Assembly: GCA_045629255.1 (NCBI GenBank)
Contig: JAZQQW010000051.1
Coordinates: forward strand, 1,134 to 65,133
Length of the DNA stretch: 64,000 nucleotides
Reading direction: 5' to 3'
Source: Treponema sp.
Lineage (GTDB): Bacteria > Spirochaetota > Spirochaetia > Treponematales > Treponemataceae
Shown here: in pieces, positions 1-9,741 of the stretch
Layout of the letters: each line of letters opens with the position of its first letter
Numbering within the stretch: the first letter of the stretch is position 1
Notes under the pieces: generated by a model
What the model saw: only the letters and a program-made list of their open reading frames with translations
Told to the model about the DNA's origin: nothing
The model's database searches: none
Position numbers and translations under genes: made by a program

Positions 1-1620
1 AAGTGGTATTGCCTGCTTTTTTCTGGAAACAATATCTTTGAGATAGTAAATGTGGTCTTCTTTGAGAGGAAACTGCACGAGGTTTTCAAATTTTTCTTCG
101 CTGGCAAGAAACATCAGACTGCTGAGTTTGACAATATCTGTAACCAATAACGCCGCAAAAAGCTGTCCTTTGCTCTTTCTGAGCGATTCGAGTTCTTCCA
201 GAAATTCTTTCTTGCGCGAAAGTATTTCTTCTACTCCGTCAACTTCAATCTGGCTGACTGTGTATTTATGCTTTCCCTCTGTGTAATCTTTCATATCCTG
301 ATGGATTATGCTTTCTGCGGTACGATTTTCAATATGGCTTCCGCTTCTGATAACATCATTGCCGAGCTCGTTGATATCGAGTTCCGTTATGCTGCTCAGA
401 TATTCTGCTGTGCGTATATCAATTTCCGTAGTCGTTGCCGATTTGAGAATAAGGGTGTCGCTCAAAATACCGCACAAAAGTATCGACGCTATATCTTTCG
501 GAATCGACACATGATTCTCGTGATACAGATTTGCGATAATCGTCGAAGTTGAACCAAGAGGACGGTTGATAAACGTTATCGGTGACTTTGTGCTGAATGT
601 ATCTATCTTATGATGGTCGATGATTTCCTGTATAGTGTAATGCTCAAGACCTTCAACTGCCTGCTGCGGTTCGTTATGGTCAACAAGGATAACCTGTACG
701 TTTGCATCGTGGAGCAAATCACTTTCGCTTATAATGCCCATCACTTTGTAATTGTCATCTACGACAGGCAGACAGCGGCTCGGACTTTGTGCAAGCAGCG
801 GGCGGATTTTCTGAACTGTATCAGTTGCGTGAACAGGCTGAGTCTGTTTATCGGCCATAGCAAAAACAGGAGTTGAAAATTCTATGAGCATGGCTGTTTT
901 GGAAGTGCTGTCATGGCTTGATAAAATTGAAACATTGTTTGCTTTTGCAAGATCACGAAGTTCTTTGCTTATCGTATAATCCATTGTTACAATAAGAGCT
1001 CTGATTTTTGCCTCGATACACGCACGCTGTATGTCTTCACGGTCACCGGAAATAACGATGAGGTTTTCGCTTTTATGTTCGTCGAGCATTTTGCGGAAAG
1101 TTGCAATATCGTCGTCACCAATCAGAATCGAGCAGTTAAAATAATCGTCCGGTTCAAACTCAACAATCGGCACTGCATTCAAAGTTTTCTCGATAAGGTG
1201 CAGACTTGCAAAAAACATGTCACCGCCTTTCGGATTGATGAGTTTGTATGCATTCAGGGAAAATGCATTGTAGTTCAAAAGTCCCTGGTAAGTTCCGTCA
1301 ACGTTGACAATCGGAAGAACAGAAGCATTTGTTTCAACCATGGTATCCACGGCTTTCCAGAGAGACACATCTTCCTGTACTGATACAAATTTATCATTCA
1401 TATAAAAAGCTGTTTTTGGTATCAGGTCTGGAAGATAAACAGGTCTTTTTATATCAAAACGTTTAAAAATATATTCGGTCTGAGGTGCAAGATGTCCGGC
1501 ACGAGCGGCAATGTATTCATCATGTCCCAGAAGATGCTTTAATTCTGCATAAGCTGTTGCCGAAACAACAGAATCTGTATCCGGGTTTCTATGACCTATT
1601 ATGTATACTTTGTTTTTCAT
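1..1620 (-). CDS. ppaC: CBS-domain family II (DHH/DHHA2) inorganic pyrophosphatase; 3' end runs off the left edge
   Basis: Absent from the ORF track because no stop lies in the window. My reverse-strand translation from ATG at 1620-1618 gives MKNKVYIIGHRNPDTDSVVSA, later VILVDHNE, IIDHHK and GILSDT (DHH family motifs) with an inserted CBS/DRTGG-like segment. Frame stays open to position 1. Confidence 0.85.
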   Translation of the reverse strand, partial: MKNKVYIIGHRNPDTDSVVSATAYAELKHLLGHDEYIAARAGHLAPQTEYIFKRFDIKRPVYLPDLIPKTAFYMNDKFVSVQEDVSLWKAVDTMVETNASVLPIVNVDGTYQGLLNYNAFSLNAYKLINPKGGDMFFASLHLIEKTLNAVPIVEFEPDDYFNCSILIGDDDIATFRKMLDEHKSENLIVISGDREDIQRACIEAKIRALIVTMDYTISKELRDLAKANNVSILSSHDSTSKTAMLIEFSTPVFAMADKQTQPVHATDTVQKIRPLLAQSPSRCLPVVDDNYKVMGIISESDLLHDANVQVILVDHNEPQQAVEGLEHYTIQEIIDHHKIDTFSTKSPITFINRPLGSTSTIIANLYHENHVSIPKDIASILLCGILSDTLILKSATTTEIDIRTAEYLSSITELDINELGNDVIRSGSHIENRTAESIIHQDMKDYTEGKHKYTVSQIEVDGVEEILSRKKEFLEELESLRKSKGQLFAALLVTDIVKLSSLMFLASEEKFENLVQFPLKEDHIYYLKDIVSRKKQAIPL

Positions 1621-1805
1621 AACAAGATTGTAGCACACAAAATCAAAATTGTATCTAGGACATATTAAAAATATATAAAAGCAAAAATAGAAATAAAAGA
1701 TTCCGGGATTTTTCTTCAGAACAGGGAACAGGAAAATTCTTTCACGGCAGTAAAATGTCAGCCTCAGACTGTCAATGTGATATACGCAACCCCAATGGCA
1801 CGCAT

Positions 1806-2702
1806 TTACAAAACAAAAGTTCTTTTGCGGGCAAGCTTCCGGCGCTGTTTTTCGTTGAGCATAGCCTGGTCAGCCTGGCGGAATCCTTCTTCAAACGACA
1901 GTGAACTGTCTGCAATCGTAGCCGCCCCCATCGAAACAGAGACATCCTTATTCTGATGAAAAATATCTTTGAGGGCGTTCTGCATCTGTTCAATATATGC
2001 TGCGGCACCGCTTTCGTGAGTTCTCTCGCACAGAATAATAAACTCGTCTCCGCCGATACGGAAAACTTTGTTTGCAGGCTCCATGCATTTTTGCATAACG
2101 GAACTAACTGTATTCAAAAGCATGTCACCATATTCATGTCCAAGATTATCATTTATCAGCTTGAGACAGTCACAGTCTGCAACTATGATACTGAATGGAT
2201 ATGTCAGATTATTCGAGTTCTCATTTTTCCACATCTCGTATGCTTTGCGGTTTCGAAGTCCTGTCATGCCGTCTGTAAAAGCAGCATTTTCTGCCTTTAA
2301 CCGCATTTGAGTAAGCTCTGTTATATCATTTACAACGCCAATTATTCCGACGATTTTTTTATCGCTGTCAAAAACAGGCTGTTTTTCAACTTCAAAGTAA
2401 TGCTCATAACCGTCGAAAAACATATTCGATGTATATTTACAGCCTTTTCCTGTTGCAAGTATCTTTTTGTCTTCTTGAAAAAAACGTTCGCCGGCTTTTT
2501 TTCCAGGCTGAATTTCCTTGTCAGTTTTGCCTATTATCGTCCACTCAGGAGAATCTTTTCTCCTGTTTACCTCATAGCACCGGCGGCTTAAATACTGATA
2601 ACGGCATTCCGTATCTTTAAAAAAAATATGAGCTGGAACACTGTCAAAAAGAAGAGGCAGAAGATTTACATCTATATTTACAGGAACACTACTGTCGTTC
2701 AT
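1806..2702 (-). CDS. PAS-like sensor domain plus GGDEF diguanylate cyclase
   Basis: 298-aa ORF. C-terminal half has TGLRNR, DCDCLKLINDNLGHEYGD and RIGGDEF, the classic GGDEF active site. Confidence 0.85.
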   Translation of the reverse strand: MNDSSVPVNIDVNLLPLLFDSVPAHIFFKDTECRYQYLSRRCYEVNRRKDSPEWTIIGKTDKEIQPGKKAGERFFQEDKKILATGKGCKYTSNMFFDGYEHYFEVEKQPVFDSDKKIVGIIGVVNDITELTQMRLKAENAAFTDGMTGLRNRKAYEMWKNENSNNLTYPFSIIVADCDCLKLINDNLGHEYGDMLLNTVSSVMQKCMEPANKVFRIGGDEFIILCERTHESGAAAYIEQMQNALKDIFHQNKDVSVSMGAATIADSSLSFEEGFRQADQAMLNEKQRRKLARKRTFVL

Positions 2703-2877
2703 CTGAAATACCTTATTATCGCAAAATTAAAGGCACCCGCAAAAACAGAACAAGATGCCGGATGTGTCTGAAATCTCTGAAAAATGAAGTTTTCAGAAAA
2801 GTGCATTACACTATCTAAAAGTTTAACACAGGATTTTTCAGAAAACAACACAAAACACATAAGCTTTTATAGAAAAA

Positions 2878-3567
2878 TCAGTCTGTCATGGAAAACTCTT
2901 CCAGCTGTCCGATTTTATCAAGTTCGGAAATAACTGAGTTAAATTCATCGGCATTCGGAGCCTTGACTGAATAATGCAAAATCAGCTGGTGACTTGCCAT
3001 TATGCGGCTTATGTTTACATCCATTACACGGAAACCTTCTTTTTCAAGGCACAGGCGAACTTTGGACAAATCAACATCGTCATTATCCTGATAAACCATG
3101 TGAACTTTCTTGTTCTTGCCGCCCGGAAAAAGTTTTTCTTCGAATTTATCAAGATATACAAGCATGATAAGTGCAATTACAAGAACAACACCAGACTGAA
3201 GGTAAAGTCCGGCTCCTATTGCAAGTCCAAGAGCAGATGCTGTCCAGACAACGGCAGCAGAAGTGAGACCTCTGATATTCATGCCCTGATGAATGATTGT
3301 ACCTCCACCCAGAAAACCAATGCCGCTTACAACGCCTGCAATAATTCTGGTCGGGTCACCGCCATCAAATCCTTTCTGTACCTGAATCTCTGTGAGCAGA
3401 TAAGACAAGATGGACAGCAAAGTCGATGACACACTGATCAAAACAAGAGTACGCATTCCCATAACCTGATAGCGATGCTTTCTCTCAAGACCAAGCAGAG
3501 AACCGCACACAACACTTGCAAAAATTTTTATCAGAGAATCTATAATAAAATCTAAATCAAAATTCAT
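2878..3567 (-). CDS. MgtC/SapB family membrane protein
   Basis: 229-aa ORF. LLGLERKHR...GMRT motif, 4-5 hydrophobic helices, soluble C-terminal domain. Confidence 0.8.
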   Translation of the reverse strand: MNFDLDFIIDSLIKIFASVVCGSLLGLERKHRYQVMGMRTLVLISVSSTLLSILSYLLTEIQVQKGFDGGDPTRIIAGVVSGIGFLGGGTIIHQGMNIRGLTSAAVVWTASALGLAIGAGLYLQSGVVLVIALIMLVYLDKFEEKLFPGGKNKKVHMVYQDNDDVDLSKVRLCLEKEGFRVMDVNISRIMASHQLILHYSVKAPNADEFNSVISELDKIGQLEEFSMTD

Positions 3568-4361
3568 TTCTTTTTCTTCCCAAAAAGTGAAAATCCATTA
3601 GTAGAAATATAACGTTTGCCAGCTTCTATCCAGTTTGCAGAAAGTTTTGCATCAAGCTCAGTCTTTGCTTCCTCTACTGAATCCAGATAAGAACAGAGCC
3701 ATTTTGCAAACTCAACGTCGCTTGCAGAAACTTCCCCGCCAGCATCTCCGCGTACAAGCAGGATGTTTACGTATGACTTTCCGCCGTACAGAACTGCAAT
3801 GTTTTCTGCAAACGCCATAAAAGCAGATGCAGCAGCTGCAACAACAGGAGACGCTACAGGAGAAGAACCGTTTTTGACACCCGGCGAATGCTGAACATCG
3901 AACAAATCCGGAGTTTCTTTTATCATGAAAATCAGAAAACCCGGTACACCAGATGAATTTCTCTTTTCAAACCGTGACAGTATTTCCAGAGTCATAATCT
4001 GAAACGGCAAAATAAGCTCGTCACATCCATGTATGCATTCATTTACAGAAAGCTGATTTTCTATAGACGCAAACCATTCCTCATCAAAGTAAATGACAGC
4101 TTCGTCTATATTGCCGAAAATACTTTCTGTCCGCAGTATAACAGTCTTTGAAGAAATCGGTGAAGATTTATGCCACTCCACGACAGCAATTCCAGAAGCT
4201 TCGCTTATCTTTCTGATCTTATCAGTATCATCAAGAGTTTCTTCTGTATTTTCTTCCTCAGGACCTGTTATTGAAATGCTTCGTCCTGAAAGAGACAAAC
4301 CGTCGGTAAACTTATTTCCGGCAGGCATCTCTTTTCCAACAACGAGTATAGTTTTTGCCAT
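3564..4361 (-). CDS. hypothetical protein, 4-nt overlap with the downstream MgtC-family gene
   Basis: 265-aa intact ORF with coding-like composition and ATGA-type overlap at 3564-3567. No motif recognised. Confidence 0.5.
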   Translation of the reverse strand: MAKTILVVGKEMPAGNKFTDGLSLSGRSISITGPEEENTEETLDDTDKIRKISEASGIAVVEWHKSSPISSKTVILRTESIFGNIDEAVIYFDEEWFASIENQLSVNECIHGCDELILPFQIMTLEILSRFEKRNSSGVPGFLIFMIKETPDLFDVQHSPGVKNGSSPVASPVVAAAASAFMAFAENIAVLYGGKSYVNILLVRGDAGGEVSASDVEFAKWLCSYLDSVEEAKTELDAKLSANWIEAGKRYISTNGFSLFGKKKK

Positions 4362-4428
4362 AAGTACAGATTATAACATACCAATATAGACTTTGCAAAC
4401 AAGTTACATATTGATATACTGTTAAATT

Positions 4429-5658
4429 ATGAGAATTTGGCTTAAATACATAATCGGTATCGCTCTTGGTTTAGCATTTGCTTTGTTTTTCCCGGCTGGT
4501 TCAAAAAATGCCCGGGAAGTACTGGATTTTATCACAGACGTCATCATACATTGCGGACGCTACACTTTGGTTCCGCTTCTGTTCTTTTCTATTGCAACAG
4601 CATGTTACAAGCTCAGAGAAGACAAGCTGATACTCAAGACAGGTATCTGGACATTTCTTGTCATCATAGTGTCTTCGCTGTTTCTGGTTACAGTGGGCCT
4701 TGCCTCTGCTCTTCTCATCAAAATTCCAAGAATTCCTATGTCCATCGAAAGAGTAAACGAAATTCCAACTCTCGATATAAAAGAATTGATTATGGCTTTG
4801 TTCCCTTATTCAAGTTTCCAGTCTCTTTTGAGTGATTCATATCTTTTGCCTTGTTTCATTTTTGCAGGACTTTTGGGAGCAGCTGCAAACGATGACAAAA
4901 TAGGCTCAAAACCAGCCATCACAGTTTTCACATCACTCAGTCACATAGCTTACATTGTCATGGGATTTTTCACAGAAATTCTTTCTATGGGAATGATTGC
5001 CATTTCATGCAGATGGGCTATAAATTTCATTATCGCAAAGCAGACAAGCCTTTATATGCCTCTGTTCATTCTGCTTACAGGTATTTTCCTTTTTGTAGCA
5101 CTGATTATTTATCCGCTGTGCATCAGATTTATCTGTGCAGAAAATCATCCGTACCGCGTAATTTTTGCAAGCATTGCGCCGATTCTGGCGGCGTTCTTCA
5201 GCGGCGACACAAATATGACACTTCCGCTTGCCATGCGGCACGGCAAAGAAAGCCTCGGAATCCGCCACAGAATGAATGCAGTAACTTATCCGCTGTTTTC
5301 GATATTCTCACGTGGTGGTGCCGCCCTTATCACCTGCGTGTGCTTCATCGTAATTTTCCGCTCATATTCACTTCTTGAAATCAAGCCTTCGGCAATTCTG
5401 TGGATTGGACTTTTTTCATTTCTGTTTTCTTTTGCGCTCGGAAAACACTCAACAGGCGGAGCTTTCCTGCTTCTGACAATTCTGTGTATCAAGTTCGGAG
5501 GCGGTTACGAAGCAGGTTACCTTCTGCTCAGAGACGCAGCACCAGTTCTGTGCTCGTTTGCAGCAGCTTTCGACGTACTTACAGCTATGGCAGGAAGCTA
5601 CATAATCGCAACAAAGACAGACTGCGTAATAAGAGTTGATCTCAAAAAATTTATCTAA
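4429..5658 (+). CDS. dicarboxylate/amino acid:cation symporter-like membrane transporter
   Basis: 409-aa polytopic ORF. AAFFSGDTNMTLPLAMRH resembles the AFxTxSSxATLPxxM signature of the DAACS family. Confidence 0.6.
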   Translation: MRIWLKYIIGIALGLAFALFFPAGSKNAREVLDFITDVIIHCGRYTLVPLLFFSIATACYKLREDKLILKTGIWTFLVIIVSSLFLVTVGLASALLIKIPRIPMSIERVNEIPTLDIKELIMALFPYSSFQSLLSDSYLLPCFIFAGLLGAAANDDKIGSKPAITVFTSLSHIAYIVMGFFTEILSMGMIAISCRWAINFIIAKQTSLYMPLFILLTGIFLFVALIIYPLCIRFICAENHPYRVIFASIAPILAAFFSGDTNMTLPLAMRHGKESLGIRHRMNAVTYPLFSIFSRGGAALITCVCFIVIFRSYSLLEIKPSAILWIGLFSFLFSFALGKHSTGGAFLLLTILCIKFGGGYEAGYLLLRDAAPVLCSFAAAFDVLTAMAGSYIIATKTDCVIRVDLKKFI

Positions 5659-5786
5659 CTTCCCTCTTAAGTTTTTCAAGACGCCCCAGATTACCAGAGG
5701 GCGTTTTGGAAAATTGACAGAACCGAATAATGCATATGGTGATTTTTTCAATGCAATTACCGAATATGTTCTGAAAAAAAACATGA

Positions 5787-5845
5787 ATTAAAACACCAAG
5801 CTTCTTCCGTTCAACAGCAATTGATATGAACAGCATTGCATTTGT
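5787..5845 (-). mobile_element. short remnant resembling an ISAs1/H-repeat transposase fragment (copy A of a direct repeat)
   Basis: Minus-strand translation LFISIAVERKKLGV. Nucleotide core 5801-5832 matches 10317-10348 at 27 of 32 positions in my manual alignment. Confidence 0.3.
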
Positions 5846-5902
5846 CCTGGACTTAAAAGATTTTTTCAAACTCCAGGATTTTCCTGTCTTTTTTTTTCAC
5901 TT

Positions 5903-8199
5903 TTATTCTTTTCCTGTTTCAACCACGACATCAAAATTCGCATTCTGAAATCCCAAAAGCTTTGTGTCCGGACTTGCCACATACACAGTCTTCAGCTTGC
6001 TGCATAATTGGAATTCGGCCCATGAGATTTTCTCTATTTTTGGCGGAATCCTTATTTCAGAAATTTTAATTCCCTGAATTGCTTCAAAACCAATTTCCTC
6101 AAGTTCATCATTCAATTCCATTTTTTCAATTGAATAACAGCCATTGAAAGAATAGTCCCCGATTTTTTTTACATGCGGCGGAAGCTTTACATCCGTAAGT
6201 TTTGTGTAGCAAAACGCCCCCCATATTGATTTCAGCAAGACTGTCAGGCAGATTTATGGATTCAAGTGCACTTTCACAAAAGGAATACTCGTCTATTGAT
6301 TTTATTCCGGAACCCAATGTCACTTTTTTGAGCATATTGCACCCGCTGAAACAATGGCTCGGAATTTTTTCAACGGTATCCGGAATTTCAATTTCTTCAA
6401 TTACAGACTCATAAAAAGCCTGTACACCGATAGTCCTGAGATTTTTTCCCAGATGAACTTTTTTCAGATTTTTGCATTCAGCAAAACATCCGTAAGGAAT
6501 TTCCTCGAGAGAATCCGGGAGCACGATTTCTTCAATCATGGAATTGCTGAACATGCTTTCCGGAAGCTCATCCAAGCCTTCTGAAAGAGTCACTGTCTTG
6601 AACTTTGATTCAGTGCAGAAATCTGAGGAAATGTTTATCTTTTCTACACCAGCAGGAATGTTCAGATTTTCCAGAGGAAAAAATTCAATATCAAGAGTCT
6701 TTTCTCCGTCAGAAAATTCAAAATAAGTTTCCGGCCTGAAAGTTGCAGAATCATCGATGTAGGCAATTTCAGCTTCCGGATCAGCAACAAATTTTTCAAG
6801 GGACTGCGGATATTTTTCTGCAAGAGTCTTTCCGACTGTGATTTTTTTTCAGCGGATTGCCTTCGAAGACACAGTCTCCCAGATAATAAACGGTCGGCGG
6901 AATGGAAATCTCTGAAATGCTGCAGCCACTGAATGCACCTTCATCAATTTCACGGAGATTTGCAGAAAGCTTGACCTCGGAAAGTTTCCTGCAGGACATG
7001 AATGCACTTTCCCTTATGTAGTAATATGTGTCGGCCATTGAAAGAGACTTCAGGGATTTGAAAGCGAAGGCTTTTTTTCCCACAGTCCTTGTCGCAAGAA
7101 TTCTTACGCAGGAAGGAAGTTCGACTTTAGATTTGTGCCCGTTGTATGAACTGATTGTCGTACTGGAGGAAAAAGATTCTCCGGTAACAAAAGGATTTCG
7201 CACCAGACAATATGTTCCAATTACAATGCCCATAACAGCTGCACCGACAGAAGCTGCAACTGCTGTAAGTTTTCTGCCTCTGTTTTTCTTCCGGAGGAGA
7301 AACTGCCTTTCGAACCCGTCTGCAGTTTCTTTTGCGAAATCAGGAATTGTACTTATCGTTTCCTTTCGCTTCAATATGCGTTTATAGACTTCCGCTGCAG
7401 GAACAGAAGTCTGAAAGTTTTTGGTCACATATTCCAGAAGCAGATTTTTGACATGCTTAGAATATGAACATATTTTTTCCAGTTCCTCTGACGTCAGCTG
7501 TGAAAAATATCCTGCTCTGCATCCATAAGTTTTTTGCAGATAGTAAGGTTTTGTTGCCGTTTTGTATTCTGTCGTGACAAAGAATCTGCTTGCTCCGGAA
7601 AAACTGACAGCATTTCCATATGATAAAGGAGCTCTGTTTGCCTCGTGAACATACGGCTTGCAGCGTTTTTCTCCGTCAATATATTTTGAGGAATCTGAAT
7701 CCATGTAAAGACAGACGTTTTCGGATTCCACCAGAGCTTCGGCAAGATTCAGGTTTACGAATTTTTTTTCTCTGCATCCCTGTTCTGCAAGGTCAATGAC
7801 AAAGTCTTCAATGGTACGGAAAATGTTGAGATGGTCTTTGTAAGAACAATTGACATTTCCTTTTTTCTGTACGACAACGATTGCATTTCCATCACACTTT
7901 TTGAATTTCCATGTAAAAACAACAGCGGAGCTTTGCGTCACAAGAACGTCACCGTATTCGCTGGCCAGAGCAATGAATCTGAGTTCATCGGTAAACAGGT
8001 GCTTGAGCCACCCCGAAATTCCGAAGAGAATCTTTCCATTTTCTGTTACAAAATAAAACCTGTATTCATCAAGTGAAGAAAAATCCAGGACACCTTCCGA
8101 AAAATAATTTCTGACGGATTCGAAAAGTTTTTCTGTAATCTGTTCCATCAGAGTCTCTCCAATATCGTCAGGATAATGGCTGTTACAAAAAGAACGCAT
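5903..8199 (-). pseudogene. membrane-anchored BspA/LrrA-type leucine-rich-repeat protein gene split into three frames by two single-base homopolymer insertions
   Basis: ORFs 6796-8199, 6126-6593 and 5903-6238 lie in three frames. All carry ~23-aa repeats of the type IxIPxSLxxIxxxAFxxCxxLxxV. There is a TM helix LTAVAASVGAAVMGIVIGTYCLV. Removing one A from A8 (plus-strand T8 6842-6849) and one G from G6 (plus-strand C6 6217-6222) gives one continuous ORF of about 764 codons. Confidence 0.75.
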
Positions 8200-8337
8200 G
8201 CCACAGTTACCCAGAATCTATTTTTGTTCTGTTCTTTCCATAAGATATTCTTTCATTGTATTATGCAGCTCATTAACTTTTATGCTTCAGTCCAAATCGC
8301 GGTCAGGCAGAACAATCAAATCAACAATATGCTGTAC

Positions 8338-8846
8338 AAAGGAGCCTTTCGCACTTTGCCGAAAACCTCCTTTTGAAAAAAGGAGCTTATCGCACTTTGC
8401 CGAAACCTTCCTTTTGAAAAAAGGAGCTTATCGCACTTTGCCGAAAGCTTCCTTTTGAAAAAAGGAGCTTATCGCACTTTGGAGAAAGCCTCATTTTTAA
8501 AACGTCTTTTCGCACTTTGGCGAAAGCCTCATTTTTAAAACGTCTTTTCGCACTTTGCCGAAAACCTCCTTTTGAAAAAAGGAGCTTATCGCACTTTGCC
8601 GAAAACCTCCTTTTGAAAAAAGGAGCTTATCGCACTTTGCCGAAAGCTTCCTTTTGAAAAAAGGAGCTTATCGCACTTTGCCGAAATCTTCCTTTTGAAA
8701 AAAGGAGCTTATCGCACTTTGCCGAAAACTTCCTTTTGAAAAAAGGAGCTTATCGCACTTTGCCGGAAACCTCATTTTTAAAACGTCTTTTCGCACTTTG
8801 CCGGAAACCTCATTTTTAAAACGTCTTTTCGCACTTTGCCGGAAAC
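8338..8846. repeat. non-coding tandem array: 8 x 41-bp units and 4 x 38-bp units plus partial ends, order A3-B2-A5-B2-partial B
   Basis: Units start at 8350, 8391, 8432 (A); 8473, 8511 (B); 8549, 8590, 8631, 8672, 8713 (A); 8754, 8792 (B); 8830 (partial). Shared box is CGCACTTTG(C/G)(C/A/G)GAAA. A = ...CCTCCTTTTGAAAAAAGGAGCTTAT, B = ...CCTCATTTTTAAAACGTCTTTT. Confidence 0.95.
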
Positions 8847-8874
8847 AGGGGCGATGGCATATTTGTGCATATAT

Positions 8875-8904
8875 TTGTCAACAGCCTTGAATATGTGCTA
8901 GAAT
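8875..8904 (+). promoter_or_regulatory. sigma70-like promoter candidate for the toxin-leader ORF
   Basis: TTGTCA (8875-8880), 18-nt spacer, TGcTAGAAT extended -10 (hexamer 8899-8904), 20 nt before ATG at 8925. Confidence 0.5.
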
Positions 8905-8924
8905 GGCAGAACGGAATGCACAAT

Positions 8925-9114
8925 ATGAATAAAAAATTAATTTTACTGGTGACTGTTTTTTTATGCGGCAGTTTACTTTGGGCAGAAAACTGGCCGTTTG
9001 ACCGGAAAAGTGCGTGTTTAAGGCAAAAAATACGCAGTTAGTCCAATCAACGCCAATTTGTACCACTACGCCGGCAACAATCCGGTTAAGTATGTGGACC
9101 CGGATGGTAGATAA
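8925..9114 (+). pseudogene. decayed polymorphic-toxin leader: signal peptide plus Rhs-type pre-toxin junction
   Basis: ATG 8925 gives MNKKLILLVTVFLCGSLLWAEN..., stopping at 9039-9041. The +1 frame continues GKKYAVSPINANLYHYAGNNPVKYVDPDGR, ending TAA 9112-9114. Dropping one A of A6 (9025-9030) joins the two frames. Confidence 0.6.
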
Positions 9115-9141
9115 GACTAGGCTCCTTTAACTTATAAAGAT

Positions 9142-9726
9142 TTGTGGTGGAATGCATTTAAGACAAATAACCTGTATAATGGCAATTTTGTAAAAAATAA
9201 TCAGACTGTCGGTTTGGCGTTTGAAAGGGCTGTCGGACAAGCCTTCGGGCTGGAAAAAAATACAGTTTCATTTTTTTCTACTACCAGAAAATCAGCTGTT
9301 GTTCCTGATTTTGTAGCTAAACAGTTTATTTGTACTGAAACAAAAGAGTTAATTGATATTTATATGACGGGCATATTTATTGAAGGAAAAACATCCAGAA
9401 TAGTGGATTTAAATGGAAGTACAAAAGGTCAGATGAAATCTATGGTAGATGCATGTGCAAATCAAATATCCGTAATGGGGCATATTGCGGGAAAAGAAGG
9501 AGATGCAAGAATGTATATTGTAACACCCGCAGATACAATAATATCTAATGATTTGATATCTTATGCAACGGAAAGAAACGTTAAACTGTATCAATTTACA
9601 GCCATGTATGATAAAGATGATGTTTCGAGAATAAAACTCTCAGAGGGTAGACTGTTGAATCCAAAAATAGATGAAAATATATTTTTTTCTCTAGGTACAA
9701 TTGGTGAAGGAAAATTAAGTTTTTAA
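9142..9726 (+). CDS. putative toxin domain with restriction-endonuclease-like (PD-(D/E)xK) motifs
   Basis: 194-aa ORF in the same frame as the NNPVKYVDPDG junction, separated by two stops (TAA 9112, TAG 9118). Contains GLAFERAVG, VVPDF and IFIEGK, an E...PD...ExK arrangement. Confidence 0.5.
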   Translation: MWWNAFKTNNLYNGNFVKNNQTVGLAFERAVGQAFGLEKNTVSFFSTTRKSAVVPDFVAKQFICTETKELIDIYMTGIFIEGKTSRIVDLNGSTKGQMKSMVDACANQISVMGHIAGKEGDARMYIVTPADTIISNDLISYATERNVKLYQFTAMYDKDDVSRIKLSEGRLLNPKIDENIFFSLGTIGEGKLSF

Positions 9727-9741
9727 AGGAAAAATAGGAAA

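Noticed and set aside
8198-8458. 86-aa and 66-aa plus-strand ORFs running into the tandem array
   Set aside because: Unit lengths of 41 and 38 bp are not multiples of 3, so the reading frame rotates through the units. The ORFs are by-products of the repeat.
8338-8846. Possible CRISPR array
   Set aside because: Every base of the 41-bp and 38-bp period is repeated. There are no unique spacers between conserved repeats and no cas genes in the window. It is a plain tandem repeat.
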